The notes beneath the pieces were generated by a model that saw nothing but the letters and a program-made list of their open reading frames with translations, was not told where the DNA came from and ran no database searches. Source: Hemiscyllium ocellatum (taxonomy: Eukaryota). From it: DNA of 64,000 nt. The DNA lies in the NCBI RefSeq assembly GCF_020745735.1, contig NC_083435.1, positions 13,113,201-13,177,200 of the forward strand. Reading direction: 5' to 3'. The position numbers and the translations under genes are program-made. Of the stretch, positions 26,712-39,000 are shown piece by piece (within the stretch, counting starts at the first letter, position 1; the number at the start of each line of letters is the position of its first letter).

Positions 26712-29309
26712 TTAGAAGGATAAGAAAAAGGATCTGATTGAAATGTCTGCAATTCTAACAGGGCTGGAGAAACTAGATGCAGGAGGATGTTCCCCCCAGT
26801 TGTGGAGTTTAGAACCAGGGAACACAGCCTCAAGATACAGGGTATATCATTTAGCACTGAGTGGAGGAAAGATTTCTTCACTGCAATGGTAGTGAACCTG
26901 TGGAATGATTTACCACAAAAGGCTGTGGAGGCCAAGTTACTAAATAAATTCAAGAAAGAGATACATTTCTTGATTTTAAAGGCATCGGGGGTATTTGAGA
27001 AATTGGGAATATGGCTTTGAGATGGTGTCTCAAATACTTTCAAATAAACCTGTTGCACTATAACCTGGTGTCATGTTATTTTTAACTTTGTTCACTCCAG
27101 TGTAACACCGGCACTTTCAAATCTTGATTGTATTGAACAGGCTTGAAGAGCGAAATGGTCTACTTCTGCTTCTACTTTCTATGTTTTGGTCTCTCTATTT
27201 AAAGAGGGATATATTTGCATTGGTACAGTACAGTGACGATTCACTAAATTGATCCTTTGGGTTGAGAGGATTGTCCTACGATGACATGCTGAGTAACCTG
27301 GGCCTACATTCTGTACATATAAAAGAAAAATATCATCTTGAGTTTAAGTGTGACTTGCAAGGGCAGTGTTTAGAGCCTTTTTCCCATTTACCAGCCTGGA
27401 GAAAATTGCTGGTCGTCTGCCTTTTTGACAAGTGAATTAATAGGGCAGTGAAAGGGGTCACCTTTTTATAAGCCTGAAGTCAAATATAGGTGCACGTTGG
27501 GCAAGGAAAGCATGCTTCCAAAATTTCTGGATTGTGAGAAACTTGGAAATATAGCACATGCTGAAGACGGAGTAGAATTTCAAAAGAACATGGATGATCA
27601 TAGATATCTTCTAATTAACTTGTTCAGAGATGTTATTATTCACCTCTAGAACAGGCGGGACTTGAACCAACGCCTTCTTTCTCAGACATAGGGATACTTC
27701 CAGTGCCACAAAACCCTCATAAGACAGTTACATACTTTATTCTTTTAATGATTATCATTTGTTCCCCACTCTACCCTAACCTGAAATTGATTAGCGTGAT
27801 GGGCCATTTTAGAGGGCAATTAAGCTTCAGTCACATTATGTATCTGGAGTCACATGTGGGCCAGTCAAGGTCAGGGTGTTACATTTCCTTCTGTATATGG
27901 CATGAGTGAACCAGATGGGTTTTTACAACAATTGATGGTAGTTTCAAGACACTGTTACTGAGATTAGTTTTACTTTTAAGAATTATTGACCAAATTAACA
28001 TTCTACCAGGTGCTGCCAGGTGTGTGCGTCGGTTTGAACTGACACTAGAGTCTTGGCCTTTGGATTGTGAGTCAAGTGACAATCCAGAGACAACTTGGTA
28101 GAATAGGCAGATGGGGGCATTTGCAATTTTATGTAGAGAATTGTGAAGTGATCCATTTTGGTAAATAGCGATACTATATTGAAGAAAATGGTACAATACT
28201 AAAGTGGCTGCTGTAGTATAGGGACCTAGATATATTTGTGCATATGTAATTTCACATAGCAGAAAAGTTGGACATAGGTGGTTAAGAAATCAAAGTCATG
28301 GGTGTCATATTAGGGGCATTGATAAATCTTTACAAAGCTCTTATTTGGCCTCAACTGTGTACTGCATCCAATTCTGAGGACCACACTTTTAAAAAGATAT
28401 GAAGGCATTAAAGAAGATGCAGGTAAAATTTGCTGAATGGTTCCTGGGATAGGCAATTTCAGCTAGGTAGATTAGTAAATTGAGACAGGTTTCTACAATG
28501 AAGACAAAGTTGAGAGGAGATTTGATTGAGCAATTTAAAATTGTGAGATGTCTGGACAGAGCAGATGGGGAAGAAACTGTTCCCACTTTTGAAATAATCA
28601 CAAAAGAGTGCACTGGTTTAAGGAAATTGGTAAAAGGAACAACAGAGACAGGAGGGGAAAAAGACTTAAAGTGAGTGTTTTGGATTAGGAATGACCAAGA
28701 CTGTGTAAGACAGAGGGTGAGTTGTAGCTTTCAAAGAGCAATTGGATTATAATCTGAAAAAGGAAATAAAATATACAGGGTTGTAGGGAGAGTTGCAGAG
28801 GGTGAATCCCTTAAGCTGTTACATACATGATAGGTTGAATGAGCTCCTGCATTGTAAACATTCCATAATTCTATAATTCTTCCCTGAGGAGACATAAACG
28901 AACTGGGAGGGTTTCAGACAGCAGATTCCCATTCAATTTTAATGATAAAACAATTAAAACACCAGGAGGTTAAATTCTGAAAATATCACACTTGAATTGG
29001 AATGCAAGCTCTTTAGATTAGTAGCCAAGAAAAAAACCTGTGGACATTGGGAAAAACAACATGGAGGGAATCTGTATTAAAAGTATTGAACTGTGCTAAA
29101 AAGAAACAGCCCAAATTTGGAAGACATAAATACTCCAGGATTACAACAATTAAAAAAATGTAATTTACAAAGTACCAATTCAACAATCAATTGTTAATTA
29201 ATATACAGATATACGGATTAAATTCACATCCATAAGTAGCTCCCACTGTAACAGGTATCTTCAGAAGAACTTCTAAACTTTGAAACACTATTCTACATTT
29301 AAGGACAAT

Positions 29310-29560
29310 CATTGTAGGAGCTCATGCCATCTTTTGCGTGAGGTGTTAAGCCAAAACCACATCATTCCACTATGTTCGACGATTAGAATAAAGAGCAGGG
29401 GACCTATCCTCAGTGTCCTGGGCAAAAATATCCCATTATGAGACACAGATGGTCCATTCATTCTCACGTGATGCACAGAATTGTCTGCTGCTTTTCCACA
29501 TTTCAACATTGGCTGTAAAGCTCTTTGGCATATTCTAAGATTGTGGAAGGAGGTAGAAAG
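29310..29560 (+). mobile_element. Deu-domain (SacSINE1/AmnSINE-like) SINE remnant; related pieces at about 56590-56900 and 62330-62640
   Basis: aagagcagggga..gtgtcctgg and cattggctgtaaagctctttgg blocks; cagtactgagggagtg at 62476. Family call is from recall. Confidence 0.5.
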
Positions 29561-29599
29561 GAGAGTTTTTCTCTGATCTTCTGCTTTCTACGCATGAGA

Positions 29600-30270
29600 A
29601 CTTGAGAGTAGCCCCTACAGTGAGGGAAAGCCCAACACCAGACTCAGAGTGACAGAAGCCCCGATGGGAGGCCCCAGTGGGTGACCACAGATTAAGGGAG
29701 CCTGCACAATGATGAAGACCCTGACACAAAGTGAGGGACAGTCCAATGGGGAACCACACAGTGAGGGAGAAACCAATGGAAACCACAGAGCAAGTGCGAA
29801 ACCAATGGGAATCTGCAGAGAGAGCCCTAGACACCAGACCCAGTGAGGGAGAACCTGACAGCATGAGCAAGGGAGATCCCAACAGCAGTAAATAGTGAGG
29901 GAGATATCGATGGGACTGCACAGAGCAAGGGAGGTCCCAATGGGACTATGCAGACCGAAGGTGACCCTGATGAGACTGTGTAGAGTGAGGGAGACTCTGA
30001 TGGGACTGTGCAGAGTGAAGGAGACCCTGATGGGATTGTGCAGAGTGAAGGAGACCCTGATGGGATTGTGCAGAGCGAGGGAGACCCTGATGAGACTGTG
30101 CAGAGCGAGGGAGACCCAGATGAGACTGTGCAGAGCGAGGGAGACCCTGATGAGACTGTGCAGAGTGAAGCAGATTCTGATGGGACTGCGCAGAGCAAGG
30201 GAGACCCTTATGGGTCTGTGCACAGCAAGGGTGGTTCAGAGTGAGGGAGACCTGACAGGTCTGTACAGAG
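29600..30270. repeat. 30-bp minisatellite (cagagcgagggagaccctgatgagactgtg) in the 3' flank/UTR of paralog C
   Basis: About 10 well-conserved units at 29920-30230 and degenerate units on both sides. Confidence 0.9.
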
Positions 30271-30282
30271 TTAAGGGTCCCT

Positions 30283-31392
30283 CTACACTGGCTCTGCGCA
30301 GGTGCTGGCCCTGCCAAGCAGCAGGGCCAACCTACAGTTGTCAGCCGTGGTTTTGCTGTGCTGCTCTTTGAGATGCCGGCGGAGGGCGGGCTTGTGGGCG
30401 AAGCTCATGTGGCAGTAGTGGCAACAGTGAGGCCTGGCACCGCTGTGCAGGTTCATGTGGTCCTTGAGCGATCGGTTCTGGGTGAAGGCGCGGCCGCAGA
30501 CGGTGCAGAGGTAGGGCTTGATGCCGGTGTGCACATGGACGTGGCGGGCCAGGTTGACCCGCTGGTGGAACACCTTGCCGCATCTGGGGCACATGAAGAG
30601 CTTGTGGGCCTTCATGTGGGCCACCAGGTGCTCCGGGTGCTGGAAGGCCTGCGCGCACACGCTGCAGTGAATGGGCCGAGGGCAGGCGGGGCGGCCCAGG
30701 GGGGCTGCCCACGGCCCGGCGGGACGGGGGGCCCCGCTCTCCTCGGCCGCCGAGCTGTCCTCGGAGGAGGAGGAGGAGCCCCTGCCACCGATCAGCACAG
30801 AGCCGTCCTCCTCCTCCTCGACAGCCTCGGAGAGCTCGGGGCGGGCCTCCTGCCGGGGGTCGCTGGGTTGGCTTCGAGAAGGTTCCGCCGCCGGGCCGTC
30901 CACCTCGATGACCAGGTAAACGTCGTCGTCGTCGTCGGTTGTCTCGGGCGCCTCCTGGGCCCGAGCGCGAGGCCCAACGGTCACCCTGTCGTCCTCGAGC
31001 TTGATGCGGGGGTCGATGCACGTGGAGAGCGCGCGCCTGCACTCCTCCACCACGTGGTCCATCTGCAGGTAGCTGGCCACCGTCAGGTAGCTCAGCACCT
31101 CGCCGCAGGGCACGTCGAGCGAGCCCGTGTAGCACGAGAGCAGCAGGCGGGAGAGCATCTCGGCGCCCTCGCTCAGCGGCACGCGCACCTCGGGCGACGG
31201 CTGCAGCAGGAACTGGTCGCGCAGGAACGGCGAGCACGCGGCCAGCACCACGCGGTGGCCCGCGAACCGCAGCTGGCCCGTCACCACGGTCACGTCGCAG
31301 AAACGTTCCTCCGCGCGGAGTTGGTTCATCCTGCTCAGGGTCGTCGACTCGTGGTGGTGGAACTGGAACTGAAGGACCTCTCTCGGCGCCAT
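30283..31392 (-). CDS. ZBTB12: BTB/POZ + 4 C2H2 zinc-finger protein, ZBTB12 (paralog C, closest to canonical; 369 aa from ATG 31392)
   Basis: [28 protein letters not shown] and [22 protein letters not shown] match recalled ZBTB12 ([22 protein letters not shown]); strong acceptor (tc)n..gaacag at about 31404; Kozak gccATGg. Confidence 0.85.
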   Translation of the reverse strand: [369 protein letters not shown]

Positions 31393-32231
31393 GGCCTCTC
31401 GAACTGTTCGAAATGAAGAGAGAGAGAGACAGACACACAAAAAAAATGTCAAAGCCCCTTGTGAAACTGCGCCTGAGAAATAACCACCAAGGGGGACACG
31501 GAAACAAAAACAATTCCGCCCAACCGGTCGGTGTCACCTGTAATGGAGTCTACCCACATCTTTCCAGCTGTTTTTAGACTTCTGAGAGGACCTCTCAAAT
31601 TTCAAATCTAATGTTGATTTTGCTTTTTATGCACCTTCTTTGCAGCCGTAACTTTGTATTCCTCATTTTGTTCGATCACTCTGGGATCTTTGTGTCTTTG
31701 TACTGTTATGATCTGCTGTACTGCACCTGAAACAAAACTTTTCACTGTACTTGGATACATGTGACAATTAAAAAAATCAAATCATCCCAACCTCCACACT
31801 TGGACAACTGTCAGTATGGAGTTTGCACATTCTCTGCCTGTCTGTTGGTTTCCTCCCACAGTCCAAAGATGTTCCGGTTAAGTGAATTAGCTGTGCTGTG
31901 TCCAGGGATGTGCAGGCTAAATGGAATAGCCATGAGAAATGCAGGATTGTAGGCTTCAGAGGGTTGGTGAGGACTCAATGGATTGAATGGCCTGCTTCCA
32001 CACTTTCGTGATTCTATGACAAACCTATCATTGTTACCCTTCAATCCCTTCTTCCGCTTGCGCTCACTAACTTCCTCTTCTGTGCAATGTGCAGCATTAG
32101 TTTCAATCTGCGTCTGTGGGAGTGAGTTTCACATCCTTCAGGAAAAAGACGTTTCTCCTGAATTTCTTATTGGATCTTTAGTTATATAACCAGGAATACA
32201 GGACAGAAGAGTCCAATCTGCCCATCAAGTT

Positions 32232-32568
32232 GGGTAGCACAGTGGCTAGCACTGCTGCCCCACAGTACTAGGGACCTGGGTTAAATTCTAGCCTCAAGTG
32301 ACTGTCTGTGTGGAGTTTGCATATTTTCCCTGTGTCTGCATGGGTTTCCTCTGGGTGCTCTAGTTTCATTTCACAGTCCAAAGATGTGCAGGTTAGGTGA
32401 ATTGACCATGCTAAATTGCCCATAGTGTTTGAGAATGTATTGGTTAGGTGCATTAGTCATGGGAAATGTAGAGTGGTAGGGGAATTGGTCTGAGTGGGAT
32501 ACATTACAGAAGTTCGGTATAGACATGTTGGGCCAAATGGCCTGTTTCCACACTGTAGGGATTCTATG
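32232..32568 (+). mobile_element. HE1/V-type SINE (partial copy also at about 31805-32020)
   Basis: V-domain tgtggagtttgcatattttccctgtgtctgcatgggtttcctc; tail ggcctgtttccacactgtagggattctatg. Confidence 0.8.
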
Positions 32569-35149
32569 TCAAAATGTCTGTAAATCTATACTAGTTCCAC
32601 TTTCCAGCACTTGGTCCACATCCTTGAATGTTATAGCATTTTATGTGCTCATCCAAGTTTTTTTTTGAAGGTTGTGAGATTTCCCACTTCCACTACCTCC
32701 CAGGCAGTGCACTCTAGATTCCCACCACACCTGGGTGAAAACCATTTTCCTCAAATCCCTTCTAATCCTCTTGCTTCCCATCTTAGAATGGTGCCCCCTT
32801 ATTCAAACAAGGGTTTTCTATCCAACCTGTCCATGCCCTCACAATCTGATATACCTCAATCAGGTTGCCTCTCAGTCTTTTTTGTTCTAAAGTAAGCAAC
32901 TTCACTTACTCCAGCTTCTCTTCATACTAAATATGCCCCATCCCAAGTAACATCCTGATGAATTTCCTCTGCACCCCCTAAAGTGTGGTGACCAGAAGTG
33001 CACGCAAAAGTCTAGGTGTATCCTAACCAAAGTCCTGTACATCTCCAACATAACCTCCCTGTTCTTGTAATGTCTGCTACAACTCATAAGGGCAAGTGCC
33101 CTGTGTGTCTTCAAAACTACCCAAATAACCTGCCCTACAACCTACAGAGATCTATGGACAAACACCTCGAGATTTCTCTGTTCCTTCCATTCATTGAGTA
33201 CTCCCTTGTTACTTCTTCAAAATTGCATCACCTCACATTTTTAAGAGTTAAAATCCATCTGCCCAACTCATCTATTGCCTCCTGTAACCTAAGACTTCCC
33301 TCCTCACTGGCAATCACCTGGCCAATCTTTGTATCATCTGTAAACTGATTTATCATACACCCACATTCTCATCTATACAATTTATATATGTCACAAACAA
33401 TAATGGACCCAGCAACATTCCTGTGGTACACTACTGCAAAACAACTTCGAGTCATACACCACCCTGTGTCTCCTACCACCAAGCGAACTTTGGATCCAGC
33501 TTGCCAAGTTACCCAGGATCTTTAACATTTTCAGTTTCCCATGCCGGACCTTTTTTTTAAGGTTTGTGGTCTTTGCCAAAAGATTAAACATGCTCTCAAA
33601 ATCGACACTGTCAAAATTTTCCTACTTGTAAACATATTAGGCCACCTCTCTGCCACATTTTTCATGAAAAATAAAGAGGGCAGTGCCAGCCTGTCAATTC
33701 TTTCCTGTACATTTCTGATTATCCTTATGAATCTACTCTGCATACTTTTCACTGTCTGTAAATCCTATTTGTAATATGTCGACCTCTAAATGTGGTCTAG
33801 CCAACATCTGAAGTGGGTTTTGTGTAGCTTTTCTACTTTGCAATCCTGTTCAAACAGATACAAATTCTAGTGTTTATTTTGCTTTTTTTAAAAGACAGTT
33901 TTGCTAAAAAGTGGTTCAACCTGTAATGACTGATGTATTTGTATTCCATGATTTATTTGTCCCTCTAACCTACCTGGATTTGCACACAGTAAGTGCCCTT
34001 CCTATCTTCTACAAAATGCATTATTTCATATTTACATATTAAGCATCATTTGTCAAATATTTGACCCTTCTTGAAATTTACTAACATCTTGTTCAAATTG
34101 ATAGCTTTCCTTTGCAGTGAAACAACAAACCCAACAGCAGGAATCTACATAGTTCCCAGCACCTGCTCCACCACTTAGTACAAGCATGGATGACCTTGGG
34201 CTTCAAATCCCCTTCTTCACAATTCCTCACAACCCTTTGATTCCTGTGTGATCAAACCAGCTGTCCATTTCAGCCTTAAAAATACTCAATGATGGAGCAT
34301 CCATATTCGTCTCGGGTCAAGTAATTCATGACTCACAACCTCTAGTGAAGCAATTCTCCTAATCTTGATTCTAGATGAATGACTTCTTATTTGAAACACT
34401 GCCCTTTGTTCTAGATTCCCCATCCAGGGGCAAACAACCATTCAGTATCAATCTTGTAAAGGCCACTTTAAAATGCTGTATGTTTGATTGAGATCATCTC
34501 TGAGTCTTCTAAACACCAGAGAATATAGGTCTAGTTTATTCAGCCTTGAGATATAGGTCAACCTGCACATCCCAGGGAACAATATCATGAATCTTTTCTG
34601 TACCAAATCCAAGTATGTCCTCTCTTAAATATGGCGACCAAAATTGCACACAAGATGTGGTCTGTTGAAAGCTCTGTTTTATTCTTGTCTTCCCAACTCC
34701 CTTGCAATAAAGGCCAAACTGTCCCTCCTCACAATTTGGTATTGTCATGTGGAAACGTAATGTTGTGGCTCAAAGAAGGGCACGATGAGATGTTAAATAT
34801 TCCAACATACAAGGTGCTCAGGAAAGGGAAGAATAAAAAGGCAAGAAGTGGTGATACAAGTTAAAAAATGCAGGAGAAAAAAGGGTATCCCAGAGAGATC
34901 AAAGACAACCGATTTGGCTCGAGCCAAGAGAATAGAAAAGGAGCAATTTAGTTGCTTTGTGTAGCCCATAGGTTATTAGCATAGGCCCACCCAGTGGGAA
35001 GGCTGCAGAGGAAAGGAAATTTGCAAGGAATTTACAAAGCCATACAAGAATCATGGAGTTGTCACAATGTGGGGCTGTAGACCTGTAGAACGTAAAGGGC
35101 ACAACAGGGAAAGTGTGTTGAGAAAATATAAAGAACTTCTCCTCAAGGT

Positions 35150-36350
35150 GGTGCCAGAGGACTGCAGAACTGCAAATGTCAGATTCTTGTTCAAAACAAA
35201 GATGTGAAGTTTAGGCCAGTCAGTTTAACTTTGGTGAGGAAGCATCTGGGGAAACAAAGAACTCAGGACAAAATTAATAGCCACTTGGGCAAATGCAGAT
35301 TTAATTAAGGAATGCCAACACAGATTTGTTAAGGGAATATGCTGTTTTACTAACTTGCTGGAGATTTTTAATGAGGTAGCAGAAAGGATTGATGGAAGTA
35401 ATGCTATAAATATGATGTGCATGGACATACAGTAGTTTGACACAGTGCACACTACATACTTGTGAGCAAAGTTATGGTTGATAGAATAAAAAGACAATGT
35501 TATCATGGATTTCAAATTATCTGAGTGACAGGATGCAAAAAATACTTGTGAATGGGTATTTTTGGGTTGGAAGGAGTGTAGCTCCCCAGAGATCAGTGCT
35601 GGTAGCCTTGCTCTTTAAGACATATTTTAATGATCTAGACCTTGATGCACAGGGCACAATTACAAAATTTGCAGATCACACAAAACTTGGAGCGTTTTGA
35701 ATGTAAACAAGTTGGTGGTATGGACAGACATGTGGCAGATTAATTTCAGTGTAGATATGCTGAGGTAATTGAGTTTGGTAGAAAGCATACAGACAGGCAA
35801 TATAAAATAAAGAGTGTACAGGAGCAGAGGGAATTTGATGTACATGTGAATAAGATATTGGAGAGGGGAACAGTATTGTTGATAAAACACACTATATCCT
35901 AGGCATTATTAATTGGAGCATGGACTACAAGAGTGGGTTGTGCTAAATTTGTAAAAGACAGTGCTTCAGCTGCTACTAGAGTATTGAATCCAGTTCTTGG
36001 AAATACAAGAAAGCATTGAAGTACTGAAAAGATTAGCAAGAATTGGTCCAAGTATGAGGAACCTCAGTTATTTGGATTGATTGGAGAAGTTGAGACTGTT
36101 TTTCTTGCAGAAGAGAGGAGATTTGACAGCAGTATTCAAATTATGAGGAATTTGGACAACATAGATAAAAGATTGTTCCCATTGCTGATTGAGAAGGTCC
36201 AGAGTTAAGGAAATTGAAAAAAGAAACAACAGAGATACATCTTCATGTAGCAAGCAGTAAATATCGCATGCATGTGCTGCCTGAGAATGCATGGAGGCAG
36301 TTTCAATCAAGGCATTCAAGAGGGAGTTAGGTTGATAAAGGAATTGAGTG
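35150..36350 (+). mobile_element. CR1 LINE ORF2 fragment, decayed
   Basis: APQRSVL..LLFKTYFNDLD..ITKFADHTKLG (RT, 35497-35700). Confidence 0.75.
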
Positions 36351-37319
36351 CAAAGATACTAGAAGTGGCTCTGGATGTGTGTATTAAGACCATTGATATA
36401 GGAACAAGGGTAGGTTCCTCAAGCCTGCTCCAATATTCTGACATTCCTAATGTCTACTTTGCTGTATTTTCCCTATAATCATTGATTACTCTAATGATCA
36501 AGAATGTATTTACCTAAACCTTAAATATAAACAAGGGCTCTACTCTCATAGCTATCTGTGGCAAGGAATTACAAAGACACTTCTTCATTGTCTTAAAATT
36601 GGTGCTGTTTTATTCTGAGACTTTGCCTTCTATCCTGGACTCTCCCATGATAGGAAATATCCCCTCAGCATTTATCCTGTCAAGTTCCTTCAGCATCCTA
36701 TACATTTCAATGCTATCACCTCTCATTCTTCTAAACTCCTTTGAGTAGAGTCCCAGCCTCTTAAGCCCTTGCAGAGAGGACAATGTCTCTATACCAGAGG
36801 TAATCCTCCCGAATCTTCTCTGCCTCTGCTTGATACCTTTGCTTAAATAAAGGGACAAAAATGCTCACAGTAAACTAGATATGGTCTCACCAATATCTTG
36901 TACAGTTACAGTAAGATGTCCCCACTCTTATACTGCAACCCCCTTGAAATAAATCACATCCTGACTTCCATAACACACAAAAAAACTGAAATAGTTACAA
37001 AAAGTCAGCAGGTGTAGCAGCTTGTTCTGGACAATTCTGAAGGGTTATTGAACCTGAAATGTTAACACTGCTTTCTCTTCACAGATGCTGCAAAACTTGA
37101 GGTTTTCCTATATTTCTGTTTTCGTTTCTGATACTCAGCATTTGTAGTTCTTGGGTTTTCCAAGATTTCATGAGCATTCCCAATTACCTGTATGCCACCT
37201 TTCTGTTTTCATTTAGACACCTGTTCTGTGTACGAAGACAACAGGTCAAAAGAGTTCCTTCTATAGGCTAGTAACTTCTAGTAACCATTCTCTGATATAA
37301 CCAACCATGGGCTGAGCAT

Positions 37320-38420
37320 AACAAATGCTGGAGATCTGTGAAGTGCCTAGTCTGAAGATCAGATGTTATTCCTTTGGTTTGCACTATGATTGACTCCAGC
37401 ATGCCAAGGACAGACAAGTGAGCATGCAAGCAGGCCACTTTGTTAAAATGACTGGCTGCAGGCTTGCACACATACTGAAGGCGTTCTGCAAAGCTGTCAG
37501 CCAGACTGTTCATACTGCAGAAACCAAACACAGACTGAGTGACCCCCCTTTGCAGAATATCTCCAGCCTCATCTTCAGACTAGGCATTTTACAGCCTTCT
37601 GGATTTAATACTGTACGGAGTTCAACACCTTCAAATTGTGAACCAATCCCCCATTCCTTGCCTTTTTATTAGTTTCACTTGTTACACTCTCCGTCACAAT
37701 GTCTTCTTTCCCCTTGCCCAACACCAGTGGGACTGTTTGTTCTTTCAAGTCTGGCAGTTAGAGATACCATTGTTCTGCATTCTCACATTCCCTGTACTTA
37801 ATCTGAACTATCAACATCCTTTCTCCCTCAGCGTTCTACACTATCCACCCATCCCTCTCCAACTATAACATAAATACTATCCCCTCCCCATTTCATTTCA
37901 TTTCTGATGAAGAGTCATGGAAACAGACCCTTCTGTCCAACTCATCCATGCTGTCCAGATATCCTAAATTAATCTCGTCCCATTTGAATTGAATTGAATT
38001 TATTGTCGTATGTACAGAGGCACAATGAAGAGCTTTGTCTTGCGAGCATTTGCCAGCACTTGGCCCATATCCCTCTAAACCCTTCCTAATTATATCCTAA
38101 TTTTAAATGCTGTAATTGTACCAGCCTCCACCACTTTCTCTGGCAGCTCACTTCATACACACACCACCCTCTGTGTGGAAAACGTTGCCCCTTAGGTCCC
38201 TTTTAAATCTTTCTAATTCTAATTCTAGTCTCCCCAACCCCAGGAAAAGTCCTCGTCTCTTTATCCTATCCCTGCCCCTCATGATTTTATAAACCTCTAC
38301 ATGGCAAAAAATCATTTGGACTCGAAAAGTTAGCTTGCGCTATTCCTCTCCCTCCACAGATCTGTGATCTCCAGCTTTTGTTGTTCTCAGAATGGTAACC
38401 AGCATCTGCAGTAATTTGCT
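37320..38420. mobile_element. Old Penelope-like remnant (+) split by a minus-strand CR1 3' fragment (about 37912-38300)
   Basis: ETKHRLSD..LIFRLGILQPSGFN resembles the element at 751-1559; hammerhead halves ctgatgaagagtcat (37904) and tcatttggactcgaaa (38312) flank the CR1 piece. Confidence 0.65.
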
Positions 38421-38459
38421 TTGAGCACTCCCTCTTTTAAGAAGCACTGGCCCTTTAAA

Positions 38460-39000
38460 GGCTGGTCCTGCCCCTTCATCTGGTCAGGCCCCGCCCCCCG
38501 TCCAGGTTAGGTCCCGCCCCCTCCGCTGCGCAATGACGTCACGGGCCGGGAGCCATGGCTTCCCTGGATGCTGAGGTGAGACAGCCGCTGAGGGAAGGGA
38601 ATTCCTCTTTCCGATTTAAAAAATCGCCGCGACCCCCCACTTAACGCCGGGGACGCTTAGGCTGCTCTTCGCCCAACCCCGCTCAAATCCCATCCCGGCT
38701 TACATCTAAAACCGAGGCTTTTTCCTTTTTCCCCCTCCCCCGCTCTTTGCTGCTCCGTCGGCTCCGAGTCCACGGCGGCCATGGGTCTGAGGCGCTTTGT
38801 GAGGCGGAGAGGGGGAAGGAGACGGCTGATTGACAGCTGGGACCAGGGAACCTGGGCAACGCATCTGCTCCCCCTTGCGTTGGGTTGAGTGGAGTGCGTT
38901 ATGCGCGATCCAGGGCTGAGGTTTGCGGGCGATGGATCGCGTCACCCCGTACCCTGTGTTGCGTATTGGCTGTCTGTTGTGGGCTCGCTACGGAATGCAT
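38460..39000 (+). promoter_or_regulatory. EHMT2 promoter CpG island with two GC boxes (38489, 38513) and a palindromic CRE TGACGTCA (38534-38541)
   Basis: Motifs read directly from the sequence; the CRE ends 13 nt before the ATG; CpG-rich. Confidence 0.8.
38555..38575 (+). CDS. EHMT2: EHMT2 exon 1 (MASLDAE)
   Basis: gccATGg Kozak in the CpG island; donor GAG|GTGAGA, phase 0; resembles the short M...AE first exon of EHMT1/2. Confidence 0.8.

Noticed and set aside
29920-30230. CTGATGA within the 30-bp minisatellite as a tandem hammerhead or CRISPR-like array
   Set aside because: No GAAA-NUH half or stems; units are head-to-tail without unique spacers; eukaryotic context.
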